This document shows positions 7,962-15,377 of a stretch of DNA of 40,467 nt, piece after piece. Position numbers and translations under genes: made by a program. The stretch covers positions 1 through 40,467 of the forward strand of contig CANQYG010000001.1 of the NCBI GenBank assembly GCA_947628015.1, read 5' to 3'. Each line of letters opens with the position of its first letter. Within the stretch, counting starts at the first letter, position 1. This stretch comes from an uncultured Clostridia bacterium (lineage in GTDB: Bacteria; Bacillota; Clostridia; TANB77; CAG-508). The notes under the pieces were generated by a model. The model worked only from the letters and a program-made list of their open reading frames with translations, ran no database searches and was not told where the DNA came from.

Positions 7962-8771
7962 CTATTTATTTAAATTTAACATTGGAATATTGTCTCCTAA
8001 TGTTGTTGTTGGAAGTTGTCCGTTCCACTTTTCTATTAGTTTTTGTTGTACTTCTAATTCTTTTAATCTTAGTGTATTTTCTGTTATTTGTTTATTTTGT
8101 AATTCCATTACTTTTGCATCTTTTTCCGCTTCTGATATTTCTTTTTCATTTTGTATTTTTTGTTTTTCTAGTTCCGCTTGTGCTGTCATTACTTCTTGCT
8201 GCTTTACTGCTTTGGTTTCAATAGCTTGGTCGTATTGTTCAGAAAAATCAATATTTGTGATATTAAATTCTGTTATACTAAAACCTTTATCAGCAATTTT
8301 ATTTCTAATATTCTCTTGTATTTCATTTGAAACTTCTTCTCTTTTTGTAATTAATTCTTCTGCTGTATATTGTGCCATTGATGATTTAATTGCTTCTAAT
8401 ATTGCTGGATTTATAATTATATTTGTATAATCAGTTCCAACTTCTCTATATAATTTATTTGCTGTATCTTTATTTACATTGTAATTAATTGCTACTGCTA
8501 TATTTACTGTTTGCATATCTTTTGTTGAACCTTCTGAACTTGTCTCAATTTTTTGTGTTCTACAATCAATTTTTACTATTTTTTCTATAAAAGGTACTTT
8601 CATATTTAATCCTTCTTGAATTACCTCATCTTGTACTTTTCCAAATCTTGTTTTTACTCCTACATACCCTGTCGGAACTGTAGTTATACTTGAAAATACT
8701 GTTATTATTATTATCAATATAACTACCCCCAAAAAACTTCCTAATACTATTGCTTTTTTATTCAATTCCAT
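7962..8771 (-). CDS. SPFH/band-7 (prohibitin/HflC-like) membrane protein
   Basis: 269 aa with an N-terminal TM helix. TVPTGYVGVKTRFGKVQDEVIQEGLNMKVPFIEKIVKIDCRTQ is followed by an EA-rich coiled coil (AIETKAVKQQEVMTAQAELEKQKIQNEKE), the classic SPFH architecture. Confidence 0.8.
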   Translation of the reverse strand: MELNKKAIVLGSFLGVVILIIIITVFSSITTVPTGYVGVKTRFGKVQDEVIQEGLNMKVPFIEKIVKIDCRTQKIETSSEGSTKDMQTVNIAVAINYNVNKDTANKLYREVGTDYTNIIINPAILEAIKSSMAQYTAEELITKREEVSNEIQENIRNKIADKGFSITEFNITNIDFSEQYDQAIETKAVKQQEVMTAQAELEKQKIQNEKEISEAEKDAKVMELQNKQITENTLRLKELEVQQKLIEKWNGQLPTTTLGDNIPMLNLNK

Positions 8772-8841
8772 TTTTATTTCCTCCTATTTAAAATTTTTTT
8801 AATCTAAATTATTAATTTTTTTATTACTTAAAATTTAATTT

Positions 8842-9099
8842 CTAAATCTCTTTTCCACATTTTGAACACTTACTAATTGTTTTGTATGCATCTCTAACAA
8901 GATCATATTTACTGGTAATTACCCAGTCATGTTGGCAGTTTTCTTGCTTTTTTATAATGTTTTCATCGTTTTCATTAATTGGATGGTAATTAGATGTTAA
9001 TTTACAACTTACTGATATTGTAATTGCTAAAAAAATCATCACTACAACAGATGTAATGGCTATACTAATTAAACTTATACCTTTGTCTTTTTGTTTCAT
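8842..9099 (-). CDS. small membrane-anchored protein with C-terminal CxxC
   Basis: 85 aa with one TM helix, CQHDW and CSKCGKEI. Confidence 0.45.
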   Translation of the reverse strand: MKQKDKGISLISIAITSVVVMIFLAITISVSCKLTSNYHPINENDENIIKKQENCQHDWVITSKYDLVRDAYKTISKCSKCGKEI

Positions 9100-9199
9100 C
9101 TATTTTTCTCCTTTCTTTATATGTTTTTTTGGATATATTACTTGTATTTTTCTAATTTATTTGATAAAATACAAATATAGTTTTACTTATGACTATGAG

Positions 9200-9520
9200 T
9201 TAGTTGGATTCGCTGTCTGCTAACTCTTTTATTATGTGATTAATTATTTTATTTCTCATAAGATTCTTGTCTTCTTCTAAATTTCCTAATCTATTAATGT
9301 TTTGTAAATCATATAATTCCTTTTTAATTTTATTTATTACTATATTAGTGTGTCTTATATCCGCTTCCAGTTCCTCTATGGTATTTCTGTTTGATTTGTT
9401 TTCTTCATATAGATAATTGTTTTCTTCATTTAATTCATTTATTTCTTTTTTCATTTTTTCTATTTCTTTGTTTTGACTTATTATTTTCTTTCTCTGATTT
9501 ATAATTACTTTTGTAAACAT
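9200..9520 (-). CDS. coiled-coil phage protein
   Basis: The ORF track gives 9200-9670. The internal ATG at 9520 (MFTKVIINQRKK...) is preceded by AAGGAGG and is the likelier start. Confidence 0.45.
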   Translation of the reverse strand: MFTKVIINQRKKIISQNKEIEKMKKEINELNEENNYLYEENKSNRNTIEELEADIRHTNIVINKIKKELYDLQNINRLGNLEEDKNLMRNKIINHIIKELADSESN

Positions 9521-9640
9521 CAACTTTTTCCTCCTTATTTTTTGTATCTTTCCATATTTTTTAATATTTAATAATTCATTCCTTTCATTTTGTTTTTTTA
9601 TTTTATGTGATATAATTACCTTGAATGTGAGGTGATTATA

Positions 9641-9928
9641 TTGAATAAACGTAAAATACAAAAATTGCAAAATTCTTTAATCAAAGAAGATGATTTTTTA
9701 GTAGAAAAGGATTTTATTATTAAAAATACCAATTATGAATCTTGTGTTGAATTTTATAATTCACTAGGTGTTTATACCTTATATGATCAAGTAAAAATAG
9801 CTAGTAACCCCAATATTGATACATTAATTGCCCAAAATTCCAAATTTAAAAATTTCAAAGAATTTAATGATGCTATGATTGATTTTTTAAAAGCTGACTT
9901 ACCTGATTTCTATAAGGATATTTTGTAA
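9641..9928 (+). CDS. hypothetical phage protein (plus strand)
   Basis: Protein-like composition (…NYESCVEFYNSLGVYTLYDQVKIASNPNIDTLIAQ…). TTG at 9641 lies 5 nt after GAGGTGA; the track starts at GTG 9632, which lies inside the RBS. Confidence 0.4.
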   Translation: MNKRKIQKLQNSLIKEDDFLVEKDFIIKNTNYESCVEFYNSLGVYTLYDQVKIASNPNIDTLIAQNSKFKNFKEFNDAMIDFLKADLPDFYKDIL

Positions 9929-10084
9929 TAATTTTAGTTTTCTCTCTATCAATTCAATTTTTTGTTTAGAACACTCAGACTGGTACTCTGATTGTTCTTT
10001 TTTCTTTTCATAAAGTATTTTTTGCATCTTTTTTTCAATAATAGTTAATATTTTATAAATATCTTTTAATTCATCATCATACAT
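9899..10084 (-). CDS. hypothetical small phage protein
   Basis: 61-aa ORF, helical. Confidence 0.4.
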   Translation of the reverse strand: MYDDELKDIYKILTIIEKKMQKILYEKKKEQSEYQSECSKQKIELIERKLKLLQNILIEIR

Positions 10085-10214
10085 TTATTTCTCCTTTCAA
10101 CTGATTTAATTTATCTTTCATTACTTCTAATGTAGATAGCATATCCTTATGTACTTTTTTCCACTCAACTAAATCTATACATCCATTTAATAATTCTTGA
10201 TAATATCTAATCAT
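10077..10214 (-). CDS. hypothetical small phage protein (45 aa)
   Basis: Manual ORF MIRYYQELLNGCIDLVEWKKVHKDMLSTLEVMKDKLNQLKGEINV. It has an ATGTATGA overlap with the next start. Confidence 0.35.
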   Translation of the reverse strand: MIRYYQELLNGCIDLVEWKKVHKDMLSTLEVMKDKLNQLKGEINV

Positions 10215-10223
10215 TTGATTTTT

Positions 10224-10403
10224 TTATCTCCTTTCTTGATTATTTATTTTTAATAGTTTTATTAATAATATTGGCATTGCAATGTATAAGATTGTCATTA
10301 TAGATTCCATTGTAATTATTTCTGTTATCTTTTTTGCTATAATACATAAGACGATTGGCAACCAAATTATTGATATTCCCAATAAAAACCTAATAAATTT
10401 CAT
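10224..10403 (-). CDS. small two-helix membrane protein (59 aa)
   Basis: Manual ORF MKFIRFLLGISIIWLPIVLCIIAKKITEIITMESIMTILYIAMPILLIKLLKINNQERR. Confidence 0.35.
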   Translation of the reverse strand: MKFIRFLLGISIIWLPIVLCIIAKKITEIITMESIMTILYIAMPILLIKLLKINNQERR

Positions 10404-10653
10404 TGTATTTTACTCCTTCCTTATTTAATATGCTTTTAACTAATTCTAGGGTTGTTTCAGCTTTTATTCTTCGTTCTTTTTCTTTTTCATACAATTCTTT
10501 TGAAACTGAATTGCCTCCGACTTTAATTTTGTATCTTCCACCTTTAGTTTTTTTAGCTTCTATGTCTCCGTTATTAATCATTTGTAAGGCTACTTCATAT
10601 CCTAAATGTTGTCTTCTCATATATTCATTTAGACTTATATATTCTTCTGGCAT
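10390..10653 (-). CDS. excisionase-family / MerR-type HTH DNA-binding protein
   Basis: 87 aa. ISLNEYMRRQHLGYEVALQMINNGDIEAKKTKGGRYKIKV matches the excisionase-type HTH pattern. It is the second gene of the early operon. Confidence 0.55.
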   Translation of the reverse strand: MPEEYISLNEYMRRQHLGYEVALQMINNGDIEAKKTKGGRYKIKVGGNSVSKELYEKEKERRIKAETTLELVKSILNKEGVKYNEIY

Positions 10654-10668
10654 TTTCTCATCTCCTCT

Positions 10669-10908
10669 CTATTTATCTTTTATATTATTTTCACTTGTCG
10701 TACTTTTTGTTCGTTGTATTGCTAAAAAAATTTGAACAATAGGTACATCAAATATTTTTGCAAATATTGCTTTTGCTTTATCACTTGGATTTCTTTCTCC
10801 CCTTTCTAGCATTGAGATATAATCCTTAGAATAGCCTGATAGTTCAGCTAATTTTTCTTGTGTCATATTTTTGTATAATCGCATTTCTTTAAATGACATT
10901 TCTTTCAT
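10669..10908 (-). CDS. XRE-family HTH regulator (Cro-like, heads the early lytic operon)
   Basis: 79 aa. MTQEKLAELSGYSKDYISMLERGERNPS is a canonical XRE HTH. The gene is divergent from the repressor gene. Confidence 0.8.
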   Translation of the reverse strand: MKEMSFKEMRLYKNMTQEKLAELSGYSKDYISMLERGERNPSDKAKAIFAKIFDVPIVQIFLAIQRTKSTTSENNIKDK

Positions 10909-10951
10909 TGTTTCACCGCCTTTCGTACTATTTGTTCGTTACGATAAGCAG

Positions 10952-10980
10952 ATTATATAGTACAATATGTTCTTTGTCAA
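10952..10980 (-). promoter_or_regulatory. early (Cro-side) sigma-A promoter with operator in the spacer
   Basis: Minus strand reads TTGACA (10980-10975), a 17-nt spacer aagaacatattgtacta, then TATAAT (10957-10952). The spacer contains the operator copy GAACATATTGTA. Confidence 0.65.
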
Positions 10981-11063
10981 TATATTTTTATAAAAATTTT
11001 TTTCAAATCTTTGAAATCCTTGATACTCTAGTAAAGAAATTTGTACAATTTGTTCTTTTTTTC

Positions 11064-11092
11064 TTTACAAATCGAACAAATTGTTATATAAT
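11064..11092 (+). promoter_or_regulatory. repressor-side sigma-A promoter with operator in the spacer
   Basis: TTTACA (11064-11069), a 17-nt spacer aatcgaacaaattgtta, then TATAAT (11087-11092). The spacer contains GAACAAATTGT. Confidence 0.65.
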
Positions 11093-11120
11093 CTATTTAA
11101 CTTAACTGAAAGGATAAAAT

Positions 11121-11456
11121 ATGAATAGATTAAAAGAACTAAGATTAGAAAAGGGATTACTACAATCTGATATAGCTAAAATAATAGATAAAAGTGATAG
11201 AATTGTTGGTTTTTATGAAACTGAAGAAAGAGATATGAGCACAGAAACATTATCAAAATTAGCTGACTTTTTCAATGTATCCATAGATTATCTTTTAGGA
11301 AAATCTGATATAAGGAATCCAATAAAAATAGATGATATTTCTTTTGCTAATCATAATGGGATAGATACTTCTGGATTAGATAAAGAAGAAATTGATGAAA
11401 TAAAAAAACAAGTTGAATATATGCGTTGGAAAAAAGAACAAGATAAGAAAAAATAA
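11121..11456 (+). CDS. XRE-family phage repressor (CI-like)
   Basis: 111 aa. LLQSDIAKIIDKSDRIVGFYETEERDMSTETLSKLADFFNVSIDYLLG is an XRE HTH. An ImmA-like gene follows it. Confidence 0.8.
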   Translation: MNRLKELRLEKGLLQSDIAKIIDKSDRIVGFYETEERDMSTETLSKLADFFNVSIDYLLGKSDIRNPIKIDDISFANHNGIDTSGLDKEEIDEIKKQVEYMRWKKEQDKKK

Positions 11457-11473
11457 TTAATTTTGGAGTAACA

Positions 11474-11908
11474 ATGAATTTAGGTAATTTATATGAAATA
11501 ATAGATAGAGAAAATATTGAAATAAATAATTCCAAAATGAAAAACACTAAAGCTAGAATAATTAATGATTGTTATACTTGTATATTTATTGATTATTCAA
11601 AAATCAACTCTTATATTGAAGAAAAATGTATTCTTGCTGAAGAATTAGGTCATTATTATTATGATGGTTATTATTCAATAAATTCTAGTCAGCAATTTGT
11701 TGATAAACAAGAATATAAGGCTCAAAAATGGAAAGCTATACATCTATGTTCTCCACAATCGATTTTAAGATGTTTTCAAAAAGGAATATATAACTTATAT
11801 GATATTGCAGAAGAATTACAAATAGAACCTAATATTGTAGCTTTTGCATATCAATATTATTCTAATAATAATATTTTTAAAAATGACTATAAGATGTATA
11901 AATTTTAG
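11474..11908 (+). CDS. ImmA/IrrE-family (DUF955-like) protein with atypical metal motif
   Basis: 144 aa directly downstream of the repressor. CILAEELGHYYYD sits where the family has HExxH, and there is a later E-x(n)-A/W helix (QEYKAQKWKAIHLCSPQSIL). The first His is replaced by Glu. Confidence 0.6.
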   Translation: MNLGNLYEIIDRENIEINNSKMKNTKARIINDCYTCIFIDYSKINSYIEEKCILAEELGHYYYDGYYSINSSQQFVDKQEYKAQKWKAIHLCSPQSILRCFQKGIYNLYDIAEELQIEPNIVAFAYQYYSNNNIFKNDYKMYKF

Positions 11909-11957
11909 TTATTAATGTTTTATAACAATAAATATAAAAATATAAGGAGGAAAATTT

Positions 11958-12506
11958 ATGTCAGAAGAACAAATATCTAAAAAGAAACCTATTTATACTA
12001 AATGGTGGTTTTGGCTTATTATTATTGTTATTATTTTAGCTGCATTAGGCAATGGATTCAGTTCTAATACAACGCAAAATGAAACTAGCAATTTAACTAA
12101 TGAAAATGTAACTTCTAATATATCTACTTTATCAGGCACTATTGCAAAAGATTATTTTAATATCTTGTGTGAAGTAGCTGGAATGCACTCAAATGAACCT
12201 CAAATAATTGATAATGAAATTATTTATGAATCTACTAATCAAGATTATAATATTAAAATTGTAGCAGATAAGACAAGTGATGAAATAGAAAATATTAAAA
12301 TTACTACTTTTAAAGAAAATGATTATGAAAATTTCTTTCTTGCTATTTCTAGACTTGAATATAGTGGTTCAAACCGATCTACTTTATTTAATTGGATAAA
12401 TGATAATTTAGGAAAAGAATCTAATACATCTATTGGAAACGCTAATTTTTCGTTATATTTAACTGATACTAATAATCCTATTTTAGATGTATCTGTAAAT
12501 GATTAA
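11958..12506 (+). CDS. membrane-anchored extracytoplasmic protein (prophage cargo)
   Basis: 182 aa. The N-terminal TM is WWFWLIIIVIILAALG, then a Ser/Asn/Thr-rich linker and a globular domain. Strong RBS AAGGAGG. Confidence 0.55.
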   Translation: MSEEQISKKKPIYTKWWFWLIIIVIILAALGNGFSSNTTQNETSNLTNENVTSNISTLSGTIAKDYFNILCEVAGMHSNEPQIIDNEIIYESTNQDYNIKIVADKTSDEIENIKITTFKENDYENFFLAISRLEYSGSNRSTLFNWINDNLGKESNTSIGNANFSLYLTDTNNPILDVSVND

Positions 12507-12565
12507 TAATATAATTTTATACATAAAATTAAAAATATATATTTAAAATTAATGGAGGAAAAATT

Positions 12566-12811
12566 ATGCAATGTCCTAAATGTAACAGTAATAATGTAAA
12601 CACTCAAATTGTTCAAACTGAAGGAAAAACTAAAAAACACGGAAATGGTATTGGAGGAAATCTAAATAATGCTGCTAGAGGTTTAACTGCTATGTGTACA
12701 TTAGGAATGTCAAATTTAGTATGGAAAAAATCAAAAGGAAATGAAAAAACATCTTTCAAGAATGAAACTATGTGTGTATGTCAAAATTGTGGTCATTCTT
12801 GGAAATTATAA
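12566..12811 (+). CDS. double zinc-ribbon small protein (prophage cargo)
   Basis: 81 aa with CPKC at the N-terminus and CQNCGH at the C-terminus. RBS GGAGG. Confidence 0.55.
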   Translation: MQCPKCNSNNVNTQIVQTEGKTKKHGNGIGGNLNNAARGLTAMCTLGMSNLVWKKSKGNEKTSFKNETMCVCQNCGHSWKL

Positions 12812-12854
12812 TAAAATAAGAACAGAAATATATTAAATAAAAGGACTTAATAAT

Positions 12855-13568
12855 ATGGATGAATATAATGTATATATTGACGAAAGTGGAGACGAAGGAA
12901 TAAAGAGAGGTAGCAAATGGTTTATTTTATCTGCAATAATTGTAAAAAAAGACTATGATTTAACATTATCTAATAAAATACTAAAAATAAAAAGTGCTAT
13001 GAATATGAACAGAAAAGATCAATTACATTGGAACAAAATATTAAAATATGATAAAAAAATACAAATAATATATGATTTAATTGCAGAAAACTTTAAAATT
13101 ATACATATAGCAATTAATACTTATGAAATAAATAAATTAAAATCCAAGGATTTGTATCCATATTTTATGAGTTACTTAATAGAACGAGTTTCTTATTATA
13201 TTACCAATAATAAAGGTATATGTAATATTTTTATAAGTACAAGAAATGAAAATAGTTCAGAAAAAAATAACTATTTAAAAAATGAATTAACAAATAAAAG
13301 ACATTATCATCATATTATGACAAAATGTATTAAAGATATTAAATTTATAGATAATAGAGATAGAAATTTATTGCAATTGGCAGATGTTTGTTGTAGTTCT
13401 TTTGCCCAAGCAATAAAAAATAATACTAACCAAGAATGGGAATATGTTATAAAACTAAAATCAAATATATGGAATTATAAAGGAAAAATAATAGGATATG
13501 GAATAAAATTTTATCCTCCTATTGAGTGGTTTAAAAACTTTCCTAATATGCTTAATTTAATGACATAA
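12855..13568 (+). CDS. DUF3800-family protein (prophage cargo)
   Basis: 237 aa. The N-terminus MDEYNVYIDESGDEG and the later LLQLADVCCSSF match the DUF3800 pattern (Y-x-DESG ... LQ-x-AD). Confidence 0.65.
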   Translation: MDEYNVYIDESGDEGIKRGSKWFILSAIIVKKDYDLTLSNKILKIKSAMNMNRKDQLHWNKILKYDKKIQIIYDLIAENFKIIHIAINTYEINKLKSKDLYPYFMSYLIERVSYYITNNKGICNIFISTRNENSSEKNNYLKNELTNKRHYHHIMTKCIKDIKFIDNRDRNLLQLADVCCSSFAQAIKNNTNQEWEYVIKLKSNIWNYKGKIIGYGIKFYPPIEWFKNFPNMLNLMT

Positions 13569-13570
13569 GA

Positions 13571-13670
13571 TAAGAGTAATTCCCCCGATTACGTTATCCC
13601 ATACGTCAAAGCGTACTGCCAATAGACTAGCTATCGACCCATAATTGATTCGGCGAACGAATTACTCTTA
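13571..13670. ncRNA. GC-rich structured element closed by a perfect 12-bp stem (candidate DUF3800-associated RNA)
   Basis: taagagtaattc (13571-13582) pairs perfectly with gaattactctta (13659-13670) around 76 nt. That interior is conspicuously G+C-rich for this window and has several internal helices (tacg/cgta, gcc-caat/attg-ggc). It starts 3 nt after the DUF3800 stop. Confidence 0.5.
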
Positions 13671-13741
13671 CTATATATATTATACACTTTTTATAAAAAA
13701 ATGCAAGTTTTTTATAAAAATAAAAAAATCTAATGAAATTT

Positions 13742-13783
13742 AAAAAAGATAATGTATAAAGTTTGGCGACCACATACATTATC
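13742..13783 (-). terminator. hairpin plus T-run, oriented for minus-strand transcripts
   Basis: gataatgtat (13748-13757) and atacattatc (13774-13783) form a 10-bp perfect stem. On the minus strand it is followed by TTTTTT (A-run 13742-13747 on plus). Confidence 0.4.
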
Positions 13784-13876
13784 TAACCTATCTACTTGTT
13801 TTAGTAGTTTGTTATATTATACTATAATAAACCTTCTAAATCAAGTATGAAACAGTTGTTTAGGAGGGCATTTTTT

Positions 13877-15004
13877 ATGGCAAAAAAGACTAATTTTAAA
13901 GTTAATGGAAAAAATTATTATAGGGTGACTAAAACTATTGGTCATAAGTCTAATGGAACACCTATTAGAAAAACTTTTTATGGCTCTGGAATAAATGAAG
14001 CTAATCAAAAAGCTGATGAATATATGAATAATATAAAAAATGGGTTAATAAATAATTATGATAATGTTATTCTTTCTGATTTAATGTATTCTTGGTTATT
14101 TGATTTCTTATATAATTCATCTAAAATTAAGGCTTCAACATTTGATAGATATGAGGGTGTTTATAGAAATTATATTAAGGATTCTGAAATATCAGGATTA
14201 AAAATTATACAGATAAATAATTTAAAGCTTCAAAAATATTATAATAATTTAAGTGATAAAAATTATAGCTATTCACAATTAAAAACTTTAAATAAAATAT
14301 TAAAAACTTTTTTCAATTGGTGCATAGATAATAATTATTTATTAAAAAATCCTTGCTTAAAAATTAATTTAAAGGGAAATAAAAATAATATTATTAATTC
14401 TTCTGATAAAAAGATAGAAATATTTTCAGAATCAGAAATTAAAATCATTAAGAATAAAATAATAAATAATAAATATGAATTATTAATTTTATTAGCTTTT
14501 GCAACAGGATTAAGACAAGGAGAGTTACTTGCTTTAGATTGGGAAAATATAGACTTGTTGAATGAAACATTATGTGTAAAAAAATCTGTTAAAGAAGTTT
14601 ATGTTTATAATGAAAAAATGGAAAGGCATATAGAAAGTGTTTTTCAATCACCTAAAAGTGTAAACTCTATTAGAACTGTACCTATTCCATCTTACATTGT
14701 TCCTAAATTAAATGCTATACCTAATAAAGTTGGTTTGCTATTTAATGATGATGGAAAACCAATAAAGGCTAAGCGAATTTTTGATTATTGGAAAAGTTTA
14801 TTGAACGATTGTAATATCCCTTATAAAAAATTTCATTCTATAAGACATACTTATGCATCAATATTATTGAAAAATGGTGTAGATATAGAGACTGTTGCAG
14901 AACTAATGGGACACTCTGCAATATCAATTACTCAAATATACTTACATAGTTCTAATGATCAAAAGAAATTAGCTACACAAAAAATAAATTACTTATTCAA
15001 TTAA
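13877..15004 (+). CDS. int: tyrosine recombinase / phage integrase
   Basis: C-terminal HSIRHTYASILLKNGVDIETVAELMGHSAISITQIYLH (H-x-x-R ... H ... Y), with ATGLRQGELLALDW upstream. The likely start is ATG 13877 (MAKKTNFKVNGKNYYRV) after TAGGAGGG; the ORF track starts at 13847. It lies adjacent to a tRNA 3' end. Confidence 0.9.
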   Translation: MAKKTNFKVNGKNYYRVTKTIGHKSNGTPIRKTFYGSGINEANQKADEYMNNIKNGLINNYDNVILSDLMYSWLFDFLYNSSKIKASTFDRYEGVYRNYIKDSEISGLKIIQINNLKLQKYYNNLSDKNYSYSQLKTLNKILKTFFNWCIDNNYLLKNPCLKINLKGNKNNIINSSDKKIEIFSESEIKIIKNKIINNKYELLILLAFATGLRQGELLALDWENIDLLNETLCVKKSVKEVYVYNEKMERHIESVFQSPKSVNSIRTVPIPSYIVPKLNAIPNKVGLLFNDDGKPIKAKRIFDYWKSLLNDCNIPYKKFHSIRHTYASILLKNGVDIETVAELMGHSAISITQIYLHSSNDQKKLATQKINYLFN

Positions 15005-15010
15005 AAACTA

Positions 15011-15032
15011 AAGTGATAAATAAGTGATAAAT
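15011..15032. repeat. perfect tandem 11-mer (possible integrase arm-type site)
   Basis: aagtgataaat occurs twice in tandem (15011-15021 and 15022-15032), between the int stop and the tRNA-Cys 3' end. Confidence 0.5.
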
Positions 15033-15093
15033 TAAAATTTAGCATACTCAAAATTGCTTGAAATATGCTAGATTTTAATATTTTTTAATTTTT

Positions 15094-15167
15094 TGGAGGC
15101 GCCTATCGGAGTCGGACCGATCATCAGAGTTTTGCAGACTCGTGCCTTACCGCTTGGCTAAGGCGCC
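15094..15167 (-). tRNA. tRNA-Cys (GCA)
   Basis: Minus strand GGCGCCTTAGCCAAGCGGTAAGGCACGAGTCTGCAAAACTCTGATGATCGGTCCGACTCCGATAGGCGCCTCCA. It has a 7-bp acceptor stem, anticodon loop CTGCAAA, T-arm ATCGG-TCCGACT-CCGAT and an encoded CCA. The T-loop has C at position 55. Confidence 0.85.
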
Positions 15168-15207
15168 ATTTTATTATAATAACTATTTATTAGGGTAAAA
15201 AATAATA

Positions 15208-15281
15208 TGGAGCAGGTAACGGGAATCGGACCCGTAACTTAACCTTGGCAAGGTTATGTTTTACCACTAAACTATACCTGC
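15208..15281 (-). tRNA. tRNA-Gly (GCC)
   Basis: Minus strand GCAGGTATAGTTTAGTGGTAAAACATAACCTTGCCAAGGTTAAGTTACGGGTCCGATTCCCGTTACCTGCTCCA. All four stems are perfectly paired, the anticodon loop is TTGCCAA and CCA is encoded. The T-loop TCCGATT has C at position 55. Confidence 0.88.
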
Positions 15282-15377
15282 AAATATTAGTTTTTTATAG
15301 ATTGAAATGCTATCATTTAAAAATAACTTTTCTTTGTTTGAGAAAATTCAATTTTTAATTGAACTAAAACAATTATA

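Noticed and set aside
7982-8430. Two plus-strand ORFs (80 and 146 aa) overlapping the SPFH gene
   Set aside because: They are antisense to a well-supported gene. Their Phe/Leu/Ser/Cys/Ile-rich composition is what the reverse complement of AT-rich, Lys/Glu/Asn-rich coding DNA produces. They have no RBS.
789-11547. Antisense ORFs in the prophage (789-1049, 3320-3517, 4997-5236, 5227-5427, 6895-7146, 10403-10735, 10893-11105 on the plus strand; 11347-11547 on the minus strand)
   Set aside because: They overlap better-supported genes or the switch region. Their translations are low-complexity F/L/I/S-rich strings.
13671-13876. Possible small ORFs or an att site between the structured element and int
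   Set aside because: It contains only AT-rich promoter-like sequence and one hairpin. There is no ORF with an RBS and no repeat matching the tRNA 3' end.
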